Source: Acidobacteriota bacterium (GTDB lineage Bacteria; Acidobacteriota; Vicinamibacteria; Vicinamibacterales; SCN-69-37). Taken from it: DNA of 64,000 nucleotides. Below the pieces are notes generated by a model, which worked only from the letters and a program-made list of their open reading frames with translations, did no database searches and was not told the origin of the DNA. The DNA lies in the NCBI GenBank assembly GCA_016716905.1, contig JADJUS010000004.1:326249-390248 (forward strand), in the 5' to 3' direction. Each line of letters begins with the position of its first letter. Position 1 is the stretch's first letter. A program made the position numbers and the translations under genes. Positions 25,275-37,386 of this stretch are shown one piece after another.

Positions 25275-25826
25275 ATGAGCGCCAGTACCGTCATGGAACA
25301 GACGCTGTTGCTCAACGCCACCTACGAACCCTTGCGGGTCGTTCACTGGCAAAAAGCGATCACGCTTTGGTGCCAGGGCAAGGTCGAGATCGTTTCGGTG
25401 TACGACCGCGAGATACGCGCGGTCACATTCAGCATGAAGTTGCCGTCGGTCATTCGCCTTCTTCGAAGGATTCGGGTGCGGCGACGGTTGGACTACGTGC
25501 CGTTTTCACGCGCCAACATCTACGCGCGGGATGATCATCGTTGTCAATATTGCGGAGCCGTGTTCCCGACGGCCGAACTGACGTTTGACCACGTCGTACC
25601 GGTCGCGCAGGGCGGTCGCAAGGACTGGGAAAATATTGTGACCTGCTGCATCACCTGCAATCGGCGCAAGGGTGGTCGCACGCCGGCTCAGGCGCACCTG
25701 CACTTGATTCGACCACCCAAACGTCCCGACAAGGCGCCGGCGATTCGCATCACGTTCGGCTTGCGGAACGCGCCCGAGAGCTGGCGCGACTACGTCTACT
25801 GGAACGTCGAATTGGACGACGTGTAG
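25275..25826 (+). CDS. HNH endonuclease family protein
   Basis: CQYCG...FDHVVPVAQGG...WENIVTCCITCNRRKG (HNH with zinc-binding cysteines). Confidence 0.85.
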   Translation: MSASTVMEQTLLLNATYEPLRVVHWQKAITLWCQGKVEIVSVYDREIRAVTFSMKLPSVIRLLRRIRVRRRLDYVPFSRANIYARDDHRCQYCGAVFPTAELTFDHVVPVAQGGRKDWENIVTCCITCNRRKGGRTPAQAHLHLIRPPKRPDKAPAIRITFGLRNAPESWRDYVYWNVELDDV

Positions 25827-25829
25827 TTC

Positions 25830-26849
25830 GTGCCGGTGCTGACCTCTCTCCGTCCGAGCGCCGCGGTACACGGCGGACGGGTCACGTTGCTGGGTACGGA
25901 TCTCCCGATTCCATCCGACGGTCCTCCGGACGTCACGATCGGCGGCGTGAAGAGTCGCGTCGTGTTTGCGTCGCGCCGGGCCATCGAGGTGCTGGTGCCC
26001 GCCGATGCGGCAGGGGGGAGATTGCCGGTGCAGGTCGCTGACGTGCCGGAAGGCGCGCTGGCGCTCGACGTCGCGACCGTGTTGGTGAGTGGCGTCCACC
26101 AGGTCGATAGCCCGCTCTGTACCGCGGACGGCGCGGTGTACTTCACCCATAGCGGCACCCGTGGCGCGAAGGCTCCAGTGCCACTCGGCCGGTTGAATCC
26201 CGACGGCACACAGGATGCGATGGCGGTCGACATCGCCAACCCCACGTCACTGGCCCTGGGACCCGATGGCACCGTCTATGTGTCCAGCCGCTTCGAGGGG
26301 CAGATCTACCAGCTCACTCGGGATGGCCGCGCCGAACTGTACGCGACCGACCTCGGCGTGGCGACCGGCCTGGCGTGCGGCGCAGACGGCACCCTGTACG
26401 TCGGCGATCGCACCGGCACCATCTTCCGGATCAGCGCGGGCAAGTCAGGCGAGTCCACGCGCCATGTGGAGCCATTCGCGACGATTCCAGCGAGCGTGGC
26501 GGCGTTCCACCTTGCGATGGGGCCCGATGGATGCCTCTATGTCACGGCGCCCACCCTTGCGGCACACGATGTGATCTACCGCGTGACGCCGCAGCGCGAA
26601 GTGCAGGTGGTGTGCGGAGGGTTCGGGCGTCCGCAGGGACTCGCCTTCGACGCGTCGGGCATGCTCTTCGTGGCCGACGCGCTGGCCGGGGCCTCGGGGC
26701 TCTATCGCGTGGACGTGTGCGACACAGCGCCCGTTGCCGAACTGGTGATTGCGGCGCCGCACCTGGTCGGCGTCGCGTTCGACGCGCAGGGCCGATGGTT
26801 GTTGTCGTCGAGCGACACCCTCTTTCGGATGCCGCCCTCAGGCGTCTGA
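25830..26849 (+). CDS. IPT/TIG domain plus six-bladed beta-propeller (NHL/SMP-30-like) repeat protein
   Basis: N-terminal Ig-like segment (GGRVTLLGTDL...IGGV...). Repeated DG(T/A)(L/V)YV(S/G/T) blade motifs. GTG start 3 nt after the HNH stop. Confidence 0.65.
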   Translation: MPVLTSLRPSAAVHGGRVTLLGTDLPIPSDGPPDVTIGGVKSRVVFASRRAIEVLVPADAAGGRLPVQVADVPEGALALDVATVLVSGVHQVDSPLCTADGAVYFTHSGTRGAKAPVPLGRLNPDGTQDAMAVDIANPTSLALGPDGTVYVSSRFEGQIYQLTRDGRAELYATDLGVATGLACGADGTLYVGDRTGTIFRISAGKSGESTRHVEPFATIPASVAAFHLAMGPDGCLYVTAPTLAAHDVIYRVTPQREVQVVCGGFGRPQGLAFDASGMLFVADALAGASGLYRVDVCDTAPVAELVIAAPHLVGVAFDAQGRWLLSSSDTLFRMPPSGV

Positions 26850-28292
26850 GTCCTCGTCCAGCCTGGTGATGGTGAATCCGGTGAACCCGTAGATCGCCGA
26901 CACGACCGGGTTGATCAGATTAAAGAATGCGTACGGCAGGTACGCGATGGTGGCCACGCCAAGCGTCTGCGCCATGAACGCCCCGCAGGTGTTCCATGGC
27001 ACCAGCGGGGAGGTCAGGGTGCCGGCATCCTCCAGGCATCGTGAGAGATTCTGGGGCGCCAGTTGGCGACGCTTGAACTCGGCCTTGAACATGCGCCCTG
27101 GCAGCACGATCGCCATGTACTGGTCGGAGGCCAGGATGTTCATGCCGATCGAGGTGGCGAGCGTGGCGGCAATCAGGCTACCCGTGCCGCGGACGGCCCC
27201 GAGGATGGCCTCGGCGATGCGACCGAGCATGCCGGTTTTCTCCATCACGGCGCCAAACGTCATCGCCGCCAGAATCAGCCACACCGTATTGAGCATACTG
27301 GCCATGCCGCCGCGCGACAGCAAGTCGTCGAGGGCCGCATTCCCCGAGGTCAGGGCAAAACCCGTGGCCAGTGATTGCCAGCAGCCCTTGACGAGGGCAG
27401 CCCAGTGGGGAATGTCCGGCGAGGCCGCGAGTGTCGTCACCGCGCCGGGCTGAAAGATCACAGCGAAGACACACCCGATGAGCGTGCCCACCATCAGAGC
27501 GGGCGTCGCCGGCACTTTTTTCACGACCAAGATCAAAACCAGCACCACGGGCAGCAGCAGATGCGGGCCGATGGCGAAGCTGGCGCCAAGTGATGCGCGA
27601 ATCGCATTGACGGCGGCGGTGTCGTGGGGCGCCGCCGTGGTGAGCCCGATCACGGTGAACAGGATCAGGGCGAGCAGGATGCTCGGCGTGGTGGTCCACA
27701 GCATGTGGCGGATGTGGGTGAACAGTTCGGTGCCGGCCATGGCAGGAGCCAGGTTGGTGGTGTCGGACAGTGGCGACATCTTGTCGCCGAAATAGGCTCC
27801 GGAGATGACGGCGCCGGCGGCCAGGCCCATGTTCAGGTTCTGCGCGGCCGCAATCCCGATGAGCGCCACTCCCACCGTGCCCGCCGTCGTCCAGGAGCTT
27901 CCGGTGGCGAGCGACACGAGGCAACACAACACGCATGCGCTTGGAAAAAACACGGCCGGTGTGAGCAGCTGCAGGCCGTAGTAGATCATCGTGGGCACCA
28001 CGCCCGCGAGAATCCATGAGCCGATCAGCGCGCCCACAATCAGCAGGATCAAGACGGCGCTCATCGAGAGCGAGATCCCGTGCACAATGCCGTCCTGCAG
28101 GTCCTTCCACGAGTGGCCCAAACGCAGGCCGACGGCGGCGGCGATGGTTGCCGCGAGGATCAGCGCGATTTGATTCGGTCCTCCCGAGTTCGAGTCGCCG
28201 AACAGGGCCACCGACCCCGCCAGGAGCATGACGAGCATGGCGACGGGGAACAGCGAAAGGGCGAGCGACGGCTTTTTGATCAGTGTGCTCAT
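26838..28292 (-). CDS. Na+/H+ antiporter NhaC family transporter
   Basis: 484 aa polytopic membrane protein with NhaC-like sequence (GPNQIALILAA..., FGDKMSPLSDTTNLAPA). Confidence 0.8.
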   Translation of the reverse strand: MSTLIKKPSLALSLFPVAMLVMLLAGSVALFGDSNSGGPNQIALILAATIAAAVGLRLGHSWKDLQDGIVHGISLSMSAVLILLIVGALIGSWILAGVVPTMIYYGLQLLTPAVFFPSACVLCCLVSLATGSSWTTAGTVGVALIGIAAAQNLNMGLAAGAVISGAYFGDKMSPLSDTTNLAPAMAGTELFTHIRHMLWTTTPSILLALILFTVIGLTTAAPHDTAAVNAIRASLGASFAIGPHLLLPVVLVLILVVKKVPATPALMVGTLIGCVFAVIFQPGAVTTLAASPDIPHWAALVKGCWQSLATGFALTSGNAALDDLLSRGGMASMLNTVWLILAAMTFGAVMEKTGMLGRIAEAILGAVRGTGSLIAATLATSIGMNILASDQYMAIVLPGRMFKAEFKRRQLAPQNLSRCLEDAGTLTSPLVPWNTCGAFMAQTLGVATIAYLPYAFFNLINPVVSAIYGFTGFTITRLDEDSDA

Positions 28293-28344
28293 ATCTGTCT
28301 CAGGAATCTTCCGAGGGCCGCGATGATAGCATCCCTACTTTCCC

Positions 28345-29451
28345 ATGGCTGCGCTGTCTGGTGTCCGTGTGCTCGACTTGTCGAGACTCCTGCCCGGTGG
28401 GTTCGCCACCCTGATGCTCGCGGAGTTGGGCGCCGAGGTCATCAAGGTCGAAGACCCGCGTGGCGGCGATCCCATGCGCCAGTTGCCGCCGTTTGTCGAA
28501 GGACGCAGCGTCTACGACCTGCTGCTCAATCGCGGCAAACGCAGCATCGTCCTTGACCTGCGCAAGCCCGAGTCCGGCACTGTGCTCGACGCACTGGTGG
28601 CGCGCGCCGACGTTGTCGTGGAGAGCTTTCGTCCGGCGACGGCGCGCCGCCTTGGAGTCTCTGGTCCTCAACTTCGGGAAAAATATCCGCGCCTGGTGCA
28701 CGCGGCGATCACCGGATACGGCCAGACGGGACCGTACGCCGAACGCCCCGGTCACGACCTGAACTATGTGGCGGTCACCGGCGTGCTCGCGGCCGACCGC
28801 CCGCATCCCGCGCATTTGCCGAAGATGTTCATGGCCGATGTCGGTGGCGGCGCGATGAGCGCAGTAGTCGCCATGATCGCCGCGCTGTTTGCCCGCACGA
28901 CGACCGGGCAGGGCGCGAGCCTGGACCTGTCGATGCAGGATGCGGCGTTGTTCTGGGTGATGCTGCCTGGCGCGGCGGACCTCGTCGACGGCGGCGGCGC
29001 CGCAGTCGGCGAGTTGCCGACGTTCGGCGAACACGCCTGTTACAACGTCTACGAGACGCATGATGGGCGCCAGGTCGCGCTTGGTGCGATGGAAACGAAA
29101 TTCTGGACGACCTTTTGTGACGCGATCGGCAGGCCCGACCTTCGCGCCCGTCATCTGACCGGCCCCGAGGATCAAGCTGCGGTCATTCGGGATGTGCGCG
29201 AGATCTTCCGTTCGCGGACACAAGCGGAATGGCTGGCGTTTTTTGAAGGGCGAGACGTTTGCCTGTCGCCCGTCAACACACCCGCCGAGGCATTTGCCGA
29301 CCCCAACATTGCCGCTCGAGGCACGATGGTGCAGGGAAATGGGCTTCGCGCGGTGCGATCGCCGTTCGGACACGCGCCCGTTGCCCTGGGCGCCGCGCCA
29401 ATGTTGGGCCAGGATACGGCCGACGTTCTCGGGGCGCTCGGCATAAAATAA
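28345..29451 (+). CDS. CaiB/BaiF family III CoA-transferase / alpha-methylacyl-CoA racemase-like
   Basis: [34 protein letters not shown]-terminus and mid-protein GHDLNY motif. Confidence 0.85.
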   Translation: MAALSGVRVLDLSRLLPGGFATLMLAELGAEVIKVEDPRGGDPMRQLPPFVEGRSVYDLLLNRGKRSIVLDLRKPESGTVLDALVARADVVVESFRPATARRLGVSGPQLREKYPRLVHAAITGYGQTGPYAERPGHDLNYVAVTGVLAADRPHPAHLPKMFMADVGGGAMSAVVAMIAALFARTTTGQGASLDLSMQDAALFWVMLPGAADLVDGGGAAVGELPTFGEHACYNVYETHDGRQVALGAMETKFWTTFCDAIGRPDLRARHLTGPEDQAAVIRDVREIFRSRTQAEWLAFFEGRDVCLSPVNTPAEAFADPNIAARGTMVQGNGLRAVRSPFGHAPVALGAAPMLGQDTADVLGALGIK

Positions 29452-29461
29452 CAAGAACCAC

Positions 29462-32284
<2,823 letters not shown>

Positions 32285-32299
32285 CGCTGTGTCAGGAAA

Positions 32300-32344
32300 C
32301 ACACAAGCCGAAGGGCGCCTTGTGTGGCTCATCGGCCACACAAG
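32300..32344 (+). promoter_or_regulatory. Triple-segment alternative hairpin (CACACAAG / CTTGTGTGG / CCACACAAG) after the uvrA stop
   Basis: Segment 2 can pair with segment 1 (8 bp) or segment 3 (9 bp). An A/T-rich inverted repeat AAGTCTT-N8-AAGACTT follows at about 32385-32406. Confidence 0.35.
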
Positions 32345-32461
32345 CGCCAGACTGGCAGAATTCGTGTTCCTGAATTGTATGGATAAGTCTTTCTATTTGA
32401 AGACTTTAGGTGGCTTCGTGCCCTGTCAACCGGAGTTGGCAGTGAGATTGCTATAGGAAGG

Positions 32462-33376
32462 GTGTCAGCGTTCTCGATGCCTGCTCAACGCACCCTTCGC
32501 AAAGTGGCCTCCTGCACCGGGATTGGTCTGCATTCCGGCCAGAGAGTGTCGATTTCTCTCAAGCCCGCTCCGGCCAACTTCGGGATCCGGTTCCTGCGCG
32601 CCGACCTCGGCGTGGAGATTCCGGCCGACGTCTCCTGCCTCGGGGCTGTTCAGCAACTCCAGACCGGCCTGCGGAAAGGCGACGCGTCGGTTGAGACCGT
32701 GGAGCACCTGCTGTCGGCCCTGACATCGCTCGGGGTGGACAACGTGCTGGTGGAACTGAACCAGGCCGAAGTGCCCATCATGGACGGCTCGGCTGCGCCC
32801 TGGGTGTATCTGATTCAGAGCGCCGGGACACGGGACCTGGCCGCGCCGCGGCAGACGATGGAGATTCTGTCCACGGTGGAAGTGCGTGACGGAGACAAAC
32901 GCATCGCGGTGCACCCGTCAGATCGTTTCAAGGTCAGCTACACCATCAGCTTTGACCACCCCCTGCTGCGCCATCAGGAGATGACGCTCGATATCAACGA
33001 ACAGACATTCGTGGATGAAATTGCGCCGGCGCGCACCTTTGGTTTCCTCAAGGAAGTGGAAATCCTGCGCCAGCGCGGACAGGCCCTTGGCGGTTCCCTC
33101 GACAACGCGGTGGTGATTGGCGAGACCGGCGTGCTGAACCCGCTGCGGTTTGATGATGAATTTGTGCGGCACAAGATGCTGGACGCGATTGGCGACCTGG
33201 CCCTGGTGGGGCACCCGATTCGCGGGCATCTGGTGGTGCAGCGGGGCGGACACGCCCTGCATACGGCGTTCGCCAAAGAACTTCTCCGCCGGCCCGACGC
33301 GTGGCGCCTGGTGGATTCGCGTGAGCACGTCCCGGCCACCGCCGTGGCCGTTCCCGTCCGTCAGTCCGCCCGCTAG
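32462..33376 (+). CDS. lpxC: UDP-3-O-acyl-N-acetylglucosamine deacetylase
   Basis: QRTL...GIGLHSG, ETVEHLLSAL and HKMLDAIGDLAL motifs. The start is either GTG 32462 or ATG 32477. Confidence 0.93.
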   Translation: MSAFSMPAQRTLRKVASCTGIGLHSGQRVSISLKPAPANFGIRFLRADLGVEIPADVSCLGAVQQLQTGLRKGDASVETVEHLLSALTSLGVDNVLVELNQAEVPIMDGSAAPWVYLIQSAGTRDLAAPRQTMEILSTVEVRDGDKRIAVHPSDRFKVSYTISFDHPLLRHQEMTLDINEQTFVDEIAPARTFGFLKEVEILRQRGQALGGSLDNAVVIGETGVLNPLRFDDEFVRHKMLDAIGDLALVGHPIRGHLVVQRGGHALHTAFAKELLRRPDAWRLVDSREHVPATAVAVPVRQSAR

Positions 33377-33396
33377 GCGGCCCTTCCTTCCACTTT

Positions 33397-33675
33397 TCAG
33401 TCGCCGTCCGTGGCTTCGCTGGCCTTGCGGACCACCGCGATCAGCCGTTCGTTTTCGAACCGGTTGAAGCTCATGAACAGGCTTTCCTTCAGATAGACAC
33501 GCAGCTCCTCGGGCGTGAGCTGGTTGATCAGATGCTGGAACTCCCGCTCCACTTCCTCGAAGCCGTAGTCGAGGTCGGCTCGCCGCGCGAGGTCGCGCGA
33601 GATGGTCTCGATCACGGCGAGTACGTCGCCATCGGTGTCCACAGGGGTGCCGGCGCTGGTGGTGATCGTGCGCAT
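33397..33675 (-). CDS. Hypothetical acidic 92-aa protein, last gene of the ECF sigma-STAS operon
   Basis: ATG 33675 lies 1 nt after the STAS stop. No recognisable motif. Internal Met chosen because the longer ORF overlaps the STAS gene by 50 nt. Confidence 0.5.
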   Translation of the reverse strand: MRTITTSAGTPVDTDGDVLAVIETISRDLARRADLDYGFEEVEREFQHLINQLTPEELRVYLKESLFMSFNRFENERLIAVVRKASEATDGD

Positions 33676-33676
33676 C

Positions 33677-34018
33677 TCAGCCTCCGAAACTGGCCAACGC
33701 CGAGGCCTGATCGGCGTAGACCTCAAGGAAGTTGTGGGCCCCGGTCATGGTCAGCATGGTCTCAACCCGCTTCTGCACGCCTGAGAGCTTCAACTGGCCC
33801 CCGGCGGTGCTGGCCTGCCGGTACAGGTCCATCAGACAGCCAATCGTGGCGCTGTCCACGTAACTGACGGTGCCCAGGTCCACCAGGATCTGTTTTTCCC
33901 CTGCGGCCACCAGGCCGGCGACCGTGGTCGCAAAGTCCGAGAGGATGGGATAAGTCAGCCGCGTTTCGGTGACGTGCGCCACCACCACGTTGCCGTGACG
34001 AGAAGTCGTGACATTCAT
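33677..34018 (-). CDS. STAS-domain anti-sigma-factor antagonist (SpoIIAA/RsbV-like)
   Basis: LVDLGTVSYVDSATIGCL with the conserved phosphorylatable Ser context. 113 aa. The ATG overlaps the sigma factor stop (ATGA). Confidence 0.8.
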   Translation of the reverse strand: MNVTTSRHGNVVVAHVTETRLTYPILSDFATTVAGLVAAGEKQILVDLGTVSYVDSATIGCLMDLYRQASTAGGQLKLSGVQKRVETMLTMTGAHNFLEVYADQASALASFGG

Positions 34019-34638
34019 TCGTTTCCTCCGCGCGAAGCCATGGAGCCCGGCGGCCTGTGTGATTGAAGACGGCGGATTTGACGGGCCAGTTCAAGCCGCC
34101 CTCGATTGATACGCGATTTGACGGTGCCTTCGGGAAGTCCCAGCTGATCGGCAATTTCCTGGTACGAGAACTCCTGCAGGTCACGCAGCGTCACCGCCTG
34201 ACGCAGCGTGGCCGGCAGCTCCGCCAGCGCCTGGCGGATGAGGGACTTCAGATCGACCTGTTCGAGTTCTCCAAGTGGTGTGCGCTCATGGGAGACGGGC
34301 GACAGCTCCGACGCGTCCACGCCCCGCGCCATCGTGGCGCGTTCCTTGCGCACCGAGCGGTAGTGATCGATGCAGAGATTCCGGCTGATGCTGATGAGCC
34401 AGGTCTGGAAGTTGGCGCGGCGGTCGAAGGTGTGCAGCGCCTTGAAAATTTTGATGAAGACATCCTGCGTGAGGTCTTCGGCCTCGTCGTGACGGCCGAC
34501 AAACTTGTACGCCAGGTTGAAGATCTTGCGGCGATGCGTGCGTACGATCTCCTCCCACGCGACCTGGTCACCTGCCAGGCAGCGTGCGATCAAGGCGTCC
34601 ATGGCCTCGTTGGGCGCGGGGGAGGGATCAGATGACAT
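34015..34638 (-). CDS. ECF-type sigma-70 family RNA polymerase sigma factor
   Basis: Region 2 (DLTQDVFIKIFKAL, FQTWLISISRNLCIDHYR) and region 4 (FSYQEIADQLGLPEGTVKSRINRGR). Confidence 0.88.
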   Translation of the reverse strand: MSSDPSPAPNEAMDALIARCLAGDQVAWEEIVRTHRRKIFNLAYKFVGRHDEAEDLTQDVFIKIFKALHTFDRRANFQTWLISISRNLCIDHYRSVRKERATMARGVDASELSPVSHERTPLGELEQVDLKSLIRQALAELPATLRQAVTLRDLQEFSYQEIADQLGLPEGTVKSRINRGRLELARQIRRLQSHRPPGSMASRGGNE

Positions 34639-34701
34639 CAGACGGGCCGTGACCGCAAATCATATCGTGGAAACGGCCCCGCCCTGCGCCGATCAGCGGC
34701 A

Positions 34702-35973
34702 GTGCGGTGGGCTACAATCAGAGGCCCTGTGCCTGGATTCCACCGCCGCCACGGCGCACTGATGTGCGATGACGTGCCGCTCACGGCCATAGCCGAGGCA
34801 GCCGGTACGCCGTTGCACGTGTACAGCCGGGCGCTGCTCAGCACGCGCGTCCGGGAACTGGACGCGGCGTTTGCGGCGTACCCGCACGACCTCCACTACG
34901 CCATCAAGGCCAACGCCACGCTGGCCGTGGTGCGCGAGATTCGGAGTCAGGGCGCGCATGCCGACGCCAATTCCGGCGGCGAGATTGACGTCGCCCTGCG
35001 TGCCGGATTTGCGCCGGACCAGATTGTGTTTACCGGCGTGGGCAAAACACACGATGAGCTGGTGCGAGCCGTCACGATGGGCCTCAAGGCCATCAACGCC
35101 GAATCGCCCGGTGAAATGGAACGCATCGACGCCATCGCCACGGCGCATGGCACTCGTGCCCGGGTCGCACTGCGGATCAACCCGGACGTGGACGCGGGCA
35201 GCCATCCCCACATTTCCACGGGCCTTCGCGCCAACAAGTTCGGCATGACTCCCGCGCAGGCACACGGCATGGCCACGGCCATGGCCGCGCGGGATCACCT
35301 GCATGTGGTGGGCCTGCATGTGCACGTGGGCTCACAAATCACCAGCGCTGATCCGCTACGCCTTGGTGCGGCTGCGATCGCCGATCTGGCGCGGGCGCTG
35401 GCTGCAGACGGCATCCCACTCGAGCACCTCGACGTGGGCGGCGGACTCGGCATTGCGTACGAACCGGGCCAGGCCGTGTTGTCGGTGGACGACTACGCGG
35501 CCGCCGTGTTGCCGGTGGTCCGCCCCACCGGCCTGCGCCTGATCCTCGAGCCCGGACGATGGATTACCGCGCCCGCCGGTGTGCTCCTCACGCGCGTCGT
35601 GGACATGAAAGAACAAGCCGGCGGGCGCTGGTTCGTGATTGTGGACGCCGGCATGACCGACCTGCTGCGCCCGGCCCTGTACGGCGCGTGGCACACCATC
35701 GAGGCCGTGACGCCGCGTGAGGGCGCGCCCATCGCGTGCGACGTGGTGGGGCCGGTGTGCGAATCCAGCGACACCCTCGGCCGCGGCCGGGAATTGCCGC
35801 CGGTCGTTGTCGGAGACTTGCTGGCGGTCCGCGACACCGGTGCGTATGGGGCGATAATGGCGTCGAATTACAACCGCCGGCCCATGGCGGCCGAGACCAT
35901 GGTCGACGGCCCCAACTGGCGCCTGGTACGGCGCCGCCAGACCGTAGACGACATGTTGCAGTGGGATGAGTGA
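34702..35973 (+). CDS. lysA: Diaminopimelate decarboxylase
   Basis: PLP-Lys context YAIKAN, HVHVGSQI, GGGLGI and CESSD motifs. The exact start is uncertain. Confidence 0.92.
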   Translation: MRWATIRGPVPGFHRRHGALMCDDVPLTAIAEAAGTPLHVYSRALLSTRVRELDAAFAAYPHDLHYAIKANATLAVVREIRSQGAHADANSGGEIDVALRAGFAPDQIVFTGVGKTHDELVRAVTMGLKAINAESPGEMERIDAIATAHGTRARVALRINPDVDAGSHPHISTGLRANKFGMTPAQAHGMATAMAARDHLHVVGLHVHVGSQITSADPLRLGAAAIADLARALAADGIPLEHLDVGGGLGIAYEPGQAVLSVDDYAAAVLPVVRPTGLRLILEPGRWITAPAGVLLTRVVDMKEQAGGRWFVIVDAGMTDLLRPALYGAWHTIEAVTPREGAPIACDVVGPVCESSDTLGRGRELPPVVVGDLLAVRDTGAYGAIMASNYNRRPMAAETMVDGPNWRLVRRRQTVDDMLQWDE

Positions 35974-36554
35974 TGCTGATTGCGTTTGAAGGTCTGGATC
36001 AGAGCGGCAAGGAAACCCAGGCTCGGCACCTGCGTGCGCGGATCGAACAGGACCGGAAGGTCCATCCGCTGTCGTTTCCGGACTATGAGACGCCGATTGG
36101 CCGCGAGATTGCCAAGGCGCTGGCCGGCGAGCGGGAGTTTGGCCCCGACGTGATGCAACTCCTCTACGTCGCCAATCGGTGCGAGTACCTGCCAAAAATC
36201 GAGATGTGGCTCGCGGCAGGTTCTGTGGTGATGTGCGATCGCTACCGGGCGTCGAGCATCGCGTATGGCGAGGCGCAGGGCCTCGATCCCGCGTGGCTCA
36301 ACGACATTCAGCGCTATCTGCCGCCGGCCACGATCACGGTCCTGCTCGACATCGCGCCTGAGACTGCGGTTGAGCGCAAGGCGACGGGACGCGATCGGTA
36401 CGAGCGCGATTTGTCGCTGCTGTCGCGCGTGCGCGAGAGCTACCGGCGCCAGGCGGAGCAGTCCGACTGGGTGCTCATCAACGGCGAGGCATCAAAAGAC
36501 GACGTGTGTGCGGCGGTGGAGGCCGCCGTGCTGCCCCGGTTGCCCCAGCGGTAA
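35970..36554 (+). CDS. tmk: dTMP (thymidylate) kinase
   Basis: IAFEGLDQSGKETQ P-loop, DRY motif. 194 aa. Start overlaps the lysA stop. Confidence 0.9.
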   Translation: MMLIAFEGLDQSGKETQARHLRARIEQDRKVHPLSFPDYETPIGREIAKALAGEREFGPDVMQLLYVANRCEYLPKIEMWLAAGSVVMCDRYRASSIAYGEAQGLDPAWLNDIQRYLPPATITVLLDIAPETAVERKATGRDRYERDLSLLSRVRESYRRQAEQSDWVLINGEASKDDVCAAVEAAVLPRLPQR

Positions 36555-37296
36555 GCGTGACGGCGCGCGCGGCGGTCAACGCGCCGATCCACTCCACACC
36601 TTCCGCGCGCAGCACGCGGCTGCACGCATCCAGCGTCGCCCCCGTCGTCATCACGTCGTCGACCAGGACGACCCGCCGCGGGTGGCGGGCACGAGGACCG
36701 GCCCAGAGCGGCGAGAGCGCATACGCCCCCACCACATTGGCCCGCCGATCATCGCCGCTGAGCCCTGCCTGGGGCGGGCGAAGTGACCATCGCTTCAATG
36801 GGCGCCACACCGGCTGCCCGAGGGCCATTGCCAACTCGTCGGCCTGATTGAACCCGCGGCGCAATCGCCGCCAGGGGTGCAGCGGAACGGGTACAACCGC
36901 ATCGGCCTCGGCGAGCAGGCCTGCGCCTGCGTGGCGCATCAGGGCGCCCAGCGGCGCCCCCAGCGACCGAAGACCCCGGTACTTGAGGGCGTGGATGATC
37001 TGCCGCAGCGGGCCCTCGTACAGCCCGCAGGCGCGGGCCTGGTCAAATGGTGGGGGATGGGCGATGCAACGCGCGCATCGGCCGGTGGTGATGATTCGCC
37101 ACGACTTCAGAGGTTCGCCGCAGGAGTCGCACCACGGCGGGCTTACTGTCCGGATGGAGTTCCAGCACAGACGGCAAACCGGTCCACGGCGGCCGGTGCC
37201 GAGTGTCAGGCCGCAGGCCGCACATGCCGGATCAAACAGCGCGGCCAGTGCGGCGTCGGCCCATTGATTGATTGCCACCGCGCTGTCCGGGTCCAA
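36478..37296 (-). CDS. comF: ComF family protein (phosphoribosyltransferase domain with N-terminal zinc-ribbon cysteines)
   Basis: CAACG...CRLCW...CDSCG...CARC. PRT motif VVLVDDVMTTGATL. The 3' end overlaps tmk convergently by 77 nt. Confidence 0.8.
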   Translation of the reverse strand: MDPDSAVAINQWADAALAALFDPACAACGLTLGTGRRGPVCRLCWNSIRTVSPPWCDSCGEPLKSWRIITTGRCARCIAHPPPFDQARACGLYEGPLRQIIHALKYRGLRSLGAPLGALMRHAGAGLLAEADAVVPVPLHPWRRLRRGFNQADELAMALGQPVWRPLKRWSLRPPQAGLSGDDRRANVVGAYALSPLWAGPRARHPRRVVLVDDVMTTGATLDACSRVLRAEGVEWIGALTAARAVTLTAGATGAARRPPPPHTRRLLMPRR

Positions 37297-37386
37297 GAAC
37301 CCTGCCAGCGTCTCGTGGCGCGCGGCTGGAGTTCAGCGCGGTCTAGACCCGCGCTGTGTGTAAATTTCTGCGATGTCCGCGCCCGT

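Noticed and set aside
25275-25826. The HNH endonuclease as a homing endonuclease or mobile intron remnant.
   Set aside because: It is a free-standing gene with its own promoter region. It interrupts no host gene and has no flanking repeats.
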